DNA of 64,000 bases from Acidimicrobiales bacterium. Its GTDB lineage: Bacteria > Actinomycetota > Acidimicrobiia > Acidimicrobiales > VFJN01. Numbering within the stretch: position 1 is the stretch's first letter; every line of letters begins with the position of its first letter. The DNA is taken from positions 77 through 64,076 of the forward strand of contig JBOGHK010000007.1 in assembly GCA_050744325.1 (NCBI GenBank). The letters are read 5' to 3'. The notes under the pieces were generated by a model. That model was not told the origin of the DNA. It made no database searches and saw only the letters and a program-made list of their open reading frames with translations. Below, in pieces: positions 59,597 through 64,000 of the stretch. Position numbers and translations under genes: made by a program.

Positions 59597-61012
59597 CTAC
59601 TCCGCCTCGACCACGGTCAGCTCGAGGACCGCCTCGACCACCTGGTTCTGGCTGTCGACGCCCTGGAGGCGGACGGTCGCTCGGCCGGGTGTGCTGCCGG
59701 TGACCTCGATCTGGTCGGCGTCCGGGTGGATCCCGCCGTCGGGGCCGTACCACACCCAGTGCTCGACGCCGCTGGTCTCGGCCTCGAAGGTCTGGGTCTG
59801 GCCGACGGTCAGCTCCTCCGGGCCGGACACCGCCACCCGGCGATCGCCGGCTTCTGCTCCGACCTGCACCCGTCCTTCGCCCAGGTCCTCGACGGTTTGC
59901 TGCGGACCGTCGTCGCCGCCAGCGCGCCAGCTGAGCAGCGCCCCGGCCACGACCGCCGCGGCCGCGAGCAGAGCTCCAGCAGCGACCAGGCGCCGTCGCC
60001 GCGGCCGTCCAGCCCTCTCGTCGGCGCGTGTCAGCGTGGGGGTCGCAGCCGGCGATTCGTTCCCGGGCTCGCGTTCGGCGGCATCGGCGGCATCGGCAGA
60101 GCCGATCGCGGTGGGCGCCGTCGCCGGGTCGGTCACGCCGGAACGGTCGGGCGCTGGGACCGTGACCGCCGTGGGCTCCAGCGCGTCGGCGAGCGCGTCG
60201 TGCCAGTCGCCGATCGACGGGAAGCGGTCGACCGGGCTCGCCTCCAGGCCCCGAGCCATGGCGCGCACCAGCGAGGGTGGCCAGGGACCGTCGGCGAGGC
60301 CACCCTGCCAGCTGCCGGCGTCGTCGGGCGGGCGGTCGAGCAGCAACCAGACCATCAGTGCGCTCGCCGCCCAGACGTCCGCCCGTGCGTCGACCTGGGC
60401 CGGGCCCTCCCGTTGCTCGGGAGGCGTGTACCCCGCGGTACCGCCTGCGATCGTGAGCCCTGAGGCCACCGCCAGGTCCTTCGACAAGCCGAGGTCGGCG
60501 AGCAGCAACCGCTCGTCGCCCTCAAGCAGTTGGCAGGGCGGTGACCCACCCGGCGAGCGGGTCGAGCGGACGAGCAGGTTCCGCGGCGCGAGGTCGCGGT
60601 GCACGATCTCGGCGGCGTGGACCGCGCCGAGGGAGTCGGCAAGCGCCCCAGCCACGTAGCGGACGTCTTCGGCGCCGGGCGTCCAGCCGGCGGCCCGCCG
60701 GGATCGTGACCGTTCGGCCAGCGTGCCGCGGTCGGCGTGGTCGAGGACCAGGTAGGGCTGACCACGCTCGGTCTCGCCCAGGTCGTGGATCGCGACGACG
60801 TGGGGGCTGCCGATGCGCCGCAACACCCGGCCCTCCTTGAGGAACCGCTCGCGGACGTCGGGGTCGAGGCAGTGGTTCTCGGCCAGGATCTTGATCGCCA
60901 CGCTGGCATCGAGCCGCTCGTCGCGTGCCTGGTACACCGTGGCGAAGCCGCCGGCGCCGATCACCCGCTCGATGCGGTAGCGACCGATTCGTTCGGGGAG
61001 GCCGACCATCAC
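59597..61012 (-). CDS. Ser/Thr protein kinase, single-pass, with Ig-like extracytoplasmic domain
   Basis: GAGGFATVYQA, VAIK, HRDLAPRNLL, DLGLSK, GTAGYTPPE. TM segment LVAAGALLAAAAVVAGALL. The start overlaps the sigma stop (GTGATG). Confidence 0.85.
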   Translation of the reverse strand: MMVGLPERIGRYRIERVIGAGGFATVYQARDERLDASVAIKILAENHCLDPDVRERFLKEGRVLRRIGSPHVVAIHDLGETERGQPYLVLDHADRGTLAERSRSRRAAGWTPGAEDVRYVAGALADSLGAVHAAEIVHRDLAPRNLLVRSTRSPGGSPPCQLLEGDERLLLADLGLSKDLAVASGLTIAGGTAGYTPPEQREGPAQVDARADVWAASALMVWLLLDRPPDDAGSWQGGLADGPWPPSLVRAMARGLEASPVDRFPSIGDWHDALADALEPTAVTVPAPDRSGVTDPATAPTAIGSADAADAAEREPGNESPAATPTLTRADERAGRPRRRRLVAAGALLAAAAVVAGALLSWRAGGDDGPQQTVEDLGEGRVQVGAEAGDRRVAVSGPEELTVGQTQTFEAETSGVEHWVWYGPDGGIHPDADQIEVTGSTPGRATVRLQGVDSQNQVVEAVLELTVVEAE

Positions 61013-61626
61013 CCCGTTCTTAGTCGAGCGGCCACGAGTGCTCGACCGCGGGCCACGCGGGACTTGGCGGTGTTCAGGTTCAGGCCGAGGCGTTCCGCCA
61101 GCTGGTCGTAGGAAAGCTGTTGGACGTCGCGCAGGACCACCGGCTCCCGGTAGTCGGGTGGCAGGGCCGCGAGCACCTCACTGATCGAGGTGCGCGTAGC
61201 GATCATCGACGAGATCCGCTGGGCATCGCCGACCGGATCGTCACCGGGCAGCGGCTCCGTGGAGCGACGGCGTCGCAGGAACGCGATGGCCTTGAACCGT
61301 GCCACCTGGTGGAGCCAGGTGGTGAAGCGGGCGTCGCCCCGGAAGCCGTGGAGGGTCTCGGCGACGGCGACCAGCACGTCCTGGCCGACCTCCTCGACGT
61401 CGCGCTCGTCGACGAGCAGTTGGCGGATGGCGGGTCGGGCCAGCCCGAGCTCGTCGACCGCCCAGACGACGAGCTCGACAGCGTCGGGCGACCCTGACGC
61501 CGCTTCCAACGCGAGAGGATCGAGGACCGCGGCGAGTGCCTCGCGGTCGCCTGCAGCCTGCCGCAAGCCGTCGCGGACGGTTCGCTGGTTGATCCGGTCG
61601 CGGCCGCCCCGGCCCGAGCGTGGCAC
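61009..61626 (-). CDS. ECF sigma factor co-transcribed with the Ser/Thr kinase
   Basis: Region 2 (VGQDVLVAVAETLHGFRGDARFTTWLHQVARFKAIAFLRRRR). Region 4 (LPPDYREPVVLRDVQQLSYDQLAERLGLNLNTAKSRVARGR). Confidence 0.75.
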   Translation of the reverse strand: MPRSGRGGRDRINQRTVRDGLRQAAGDREALAAVLDPLALEAASGSPDAVELVVWAVDELGLARPAIRQLLVDERDVEEVGQDVLVAVAETLHGFRGDARFTTWLHQVARFKAIAFLRRRRSTEPLPGDDPVGDAQRISSMIATRTSISEVLAALPPDYREPVVLRDVQQLSYDQLAERLGLNLNTAKSRVARGRALVAARLRTG

Positions 61627-61638
61627 TCACACGACCGT

Positions 61639-61731
61639 AGCGGGCACGGCCGTCACCGCCGCCTCTGTCGGGTTCCGCGGGTCAGGCCAGCGGGCACCGC
61701 TGTCACCGCCGCCTCTGTCGGGTTCCGCGGG
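61639..61731. repeat. 43-bp near-perfect direct repeat x2 (50-bp period) in the sigma/gcvT divergent region
   Basis: AGCGGGCACGGCCGTCACCGCCGCCTCTGTCGGGTTCCGCGGG (61639-61681) versus AGCGGGCACCGCTGTCACCGCCGCCTCTGTCGGGTTCCGCGGG (61689-61731). Two mismatches. Confidence 0.85.
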
Positions 61732-61806
61732 CCGGGCAACGGGCGTGTCCGGAGCCGGGAGCAGGCCGGGAACAGGCGCCGGAGGACCGTTGATTACCCT
61801 CGCGGG

Positions 61807-62895
61807 GTGACCCTGCACCGCTCGCCGCTCGACGCCGTCCACCGTTCGCTGGGGGCCAAGATGGTCCCGTTCGGCGGCTGGGACATGCCTCTCCAGTACG
61901 GCACGGGCACGTTGGCCGAGCACCGGGCCTGCCGGTCCGATGCCGTGGCGTTCGACGTGAGCCACCTCGGCACCGTGCGGCTGACGGGGGCTGGAGCCTA
62001 CGACGTGCTGCAAGCCCAGCTGACCAACGACCTCGGCAAGATCGCGGCCGGTCGGGCCCAGTACACCCACCTTCTCGACGAGGCCGACGGCTCGGTGCTC
62101 GACGACATCATCGTGTGGTGGGTCGACGATGGGCGCTTCGACGTGATGCCCAACGCGTCGAACACCGACCGGGTGCTCGACGCCCTCGGTGGCGAGGACG
62201 TGACGGCTACCCGGGCGGTGATCGCGGTCCAGGGCCCGCGGGCACGTGAACGTCTGGCCCAGGTGTCGGCCGAGGCGGCGGCGGTAGGCCGCTTCCGGGT
62301 GAGCGTGGTGGAGGTCGACGGGGTCCCGTGGGTGGTCGCCGGGACCGGCTACACGGGCGAGGACGGGGTCGAGGTCGCAGTAGCGGCCGACGCTGCCCCC
62401 GCGGTGTGGGACACGATCACGGCCACCGGTGTGACGCCTGCAGGGCTCGGGGCACGCGACACATTGCGGCTGGAGGCCGCGCTGCCATTGCACGGCCACG
62501 AACTGGGGCCGGGCATCACGCCGCTGCAGGCCGGCCTGCGCTGGGTCGTCGCGTGGGACAAGGGCGACTTCCGGGGACGTGCCGCGTTGGAGGCCGAGCG
62601 CGAGCGGGGAGTCGCCCGCCGCCTGCGCGGCTTCGAGGTCGACGGTCGCCGTCCACCTCGGGCGGGCCAGGCCGTGCTGGCGGACGGCAGGCCGGTCGGT
62701 GAGCTGACCAGCGGAAACTTCGCCCCGACCCTTGAGCGGGGGATCGGGTTGGGCTTCGTCCCCGCCAACCTGTCCGAGAGCGCGGCGATCGCGATCGACC
62801 TCCGCGGCAGTGCGACGCCCGCCCGCATCGTCCCCACACCGTTCTACCGCGCCTCGTCGAGCCGCATGGGCGGGCGACCGCGGAGAGAGAAATAG
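61807..62895 (+). CDS. gcvT: Glycine cleavage system aminomethyltransferase
   Basis: SPLDAVHRSLGAKMVPFGGWDMPLQY, GYTGEDGVEV and GLGARDTLRLEA. Confidence 0.9.
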   Translation: MTLHRSPLDAVHRSLGAKMVPFGGWDMPLQYGTGTLAEHRACRSDAVAFDVSHLGTVRLTGAGAYDVLQAQLTNDLGKIAAGRAQYTHLLDEADGSVLDDIIVWWVDDGRFDVMPNASNTDRVLDALGGEDVTATRAVIAVQGPRARERLAQVSAEAAAVGRFRVSVVEVDGVPWVVAGTGYTGEDGVEVAVAADAAPAVWDTITATGVTPAGLGARDTLRLEAALPLHGHELGPGITPLQAGLRWVVAWDKGDFRGRAALEAERERGVARRLRGFEVDGRRPPRAGQAVLADGRPVGELTSGNFAPTLERGIGLGFVPANLSESAAIAIDLRGSATPARIVPTPFYRASSSRMGGRPRREK

Positions 62896-62978
62896 AGGCG
62901 TCAGCCGGCGCATCATCCCAGCACAACGCCGTAACCTTGACGCCACCTGTGGCGAAAGGGCGAGAAGGGGGTCGTCTG

Positions 62979-64000
62979 ATGGCGCTGGCATCTCTGGTCG
63001 AGGAGATCCTCGGCCCGGATCTACCGGTACGGATCATCGCTTACGACGGCAGCACGGCCGGGCCGGACGAAGCCCGGGCGACGCTGGACATCCGGTCGGC
63101 CGACGCGTTGCGACGTGTCCTCACCGCTCCGGGCGAGCTGGGCTTCGCTCGGGCCTACGTGGCCGGCGACGTCGACCTGGGTGGCGACATCTTCACCGCG
63201 CTCAAGCTGCACGAGCGGTTCCCGAGCCTCCGGCTGAGCCCACATCTCATGCGCCGGTTCGTGCACGAGCTCGGTGGTTGGCGTCAGATCCGGCCGCTGC
63301 CCCCTCCACCCGAGGAGGTGAAGCTGCAGGGTCGCCGCCACTCGCCGGCCCGCGACCGTGCGGCGATCAGCCACCACTACGACGTGTCCAATCGGTTCTA
63401 CCAGCTGGTGCTGGGGCCGAGCCTGACGTACTCGTGCGCCGTGTTCCACGATCCCGGCGACTCCCTCGAACAGGCGCAGGCCAACAAGTACGAGCTGATC
63501 TGTCGCAAGCTCGGCCTCCAGGACGGAGTGCGGCTGCTCGACGTCGGCTGCGGTTGGGGTGGCATGGTGATCCACGCCGCGCAGCACCACGGCGCCCGCG
63601 CCGTCGGGATCACGATCTCGCGCCGGCAGGCCGAGCTGGCCGAGAAGCGGGTGGCCGAGGCCGGGCAGTCCGACCGGGTCGAGATCCGGCTCCAGGACTA
63701 CCGCGAGGACGCCGACGGCCCGTACGACGCGATCAGCTCGATCGGGATGTTCGAGCACGTAGGCGAGGCCAAGCTCGGTGAGTACTTCCGGCGGCTGCAC
63801 GCGCTGCTGCGACCCGGTGGACGGCTGCTCAACCACGGCATCACGCGCCCTGAAGGCGGCGTCGCGAAGCTGCCGCGCCGCAGCTTCATCAACCGCTACG
63901 TGTTCCCGGACGGCGAGCTGCACGAGGTCGGCAAGGTGATCTCGGTGATGCAGGAGGCCGGGTTCGAGGTGCGGCACAGCGAGGGGCTCCGAGAGCACTA
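62979..64000 (+). CDS. cfa: Cyclopropane-fatty-acyl-phospholipid synthase family methyltransferase, 3' end outside window
   Basis: ATG 62979. The frame has no stop to the window end, so it is absent from the ORF track. HYDVSNRFYQLVLGPSLTYSCAVF, LLDVGCGWGG, ISSIGMFEHVG. Confidence 0.8.
   Translation, partial: MALASLVEEILGPDLPVRIIAYDGSTAGPDEARATLDIRSADALRRVLTAPGELGFARAYVAGDVDLGGDIFTALKLHERFPSLRLSPHLMRRFVHELGGWRQIRPLPPPPEEVKLQGRRHSPARDRAAISHHYDVSNRFYQLVLGPSLTYSCAVFHDPGDSLEQAQANKYELICRKLGLQDGVRLLDVGCGWGGMVIHAAQHHGARAVGITISRRQAELAEKRVAEAGQSDRVEIRLQDYREDADGPYDAISSIGMFEHVGEAKLGEYFRRLHALLRPGGRLLNHGITRPEGGVAKLPRRSFINRYVFPDGELHEVGKVISVMQEAGFEVRHSEGLREH

Noticed and set aside
61627-61806. Canonical tandem glycine riboswitch upstream of gcvT
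   Set aside because: I could not locate the conserved GGAGAG and CCGAAGG(G/A)GCAA / CUCAGGCAAAAGGAC cores on the gcvT strand. The two repeat units are near-identical duplicates rather than divergent aptamers. I kept this as an open finding that needs cmsearch.
63021-63998. 325-aa minus-strand ORF
   Set aside because: It is antisense to the plus-strand cfa-type methyltransferase frame. That frame has unmistakable motifs (VGCGWGG, GMFEHVG) and is missing from the track only because it has no stop before the window end.
1-64000. tRNA, rRNA, transposase, integrase or prophage content
   Set aside because: No ORF shows DDE, tyrosine/serine recombinase or phage structural motifs. None of the intergenic gaps (all under 300 nt) shows a cloverleaf-like tRNA. 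This was checked by eye only, and tRNAscan/Infernal would be decisive.

Overview
By eye this is a very high-GC actinobacterial-type chromosomal segment. It is densely coding, with about 54 supportable CDS, many joined by 4-nt start/stop overlaps. I found no rRNA, tRNA, CRISPR array, transposase, integrase or phage genes. Many long ORFs in the track are antisense or off-frame artefacts of the high GC content, and I trimmed several starts using family N-termini and overlap logic.

Content from left to right:
(1) A tightly coupled operon: YlbE/AllG-like protein, fused CoxM-CoxS, CoxL-like molybdenum hydroxylase, CoxG and HyuA/HyuB.
(2) A membrane-anchored CX5R phosphatase, a MalT-like ATPase with a C-terminal SARP module, and a lipoprotein-P450 pair.
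(3) dcp.
(4) A cell-envelope island (19.7-25.5 kb). It holds two paralogous unknown-domain exported proteins, an ECF sigma-like ORF with only region 2, a TM/Ig-like protein, a lipoprotein L,D-transpeptidase and an 8-Cys acidic secreted protein. It is divergent from an OmpR/HK pair.
(5) An acyl-CoA module (CoA-transferase, two crotonases, a ligase) with a truncated globin and an asparaginase-II-family gene.
(6) A lower-GC LPXTG repeat protein, HdeD, an 81-aa protein and two divergent LAL/LuxR STAND regulators.
(7) Two FadD-type ligases, MerR, a TRIC channel, YjbR, ddl/murF, an SRAP peptidase, a DUF4184-methyltransferase fusion, HIT, a CDP-alcohol transferase and a ManC-ManB fusion.
(8) An ECF sigma with a Gmad2 membrane partner, the conserved gcvH-garA-MerR-DUF151-MerR block, an OmpA lipoprotein, an ECF sigma with a Ser/Thr kinase, gcvT and a partial cfa-type methyltransferase.

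The best candidate for an undescribed system is the envelope island at 19669-25504, where four of six exported or membrane ORFs have no family I can name. Second-tier candidates are the Mo-hydroxylase/hydantoinase/AllG-like operon, the inverted-order ATPase-SARP regulator, the 43-bp tandem duplication in the gcvT leader, and the 103-nt hairpin upstream of the globin gene. Coordinates of small motifs were counted by hand against ORF anchors and may be off by 1-2 nt.
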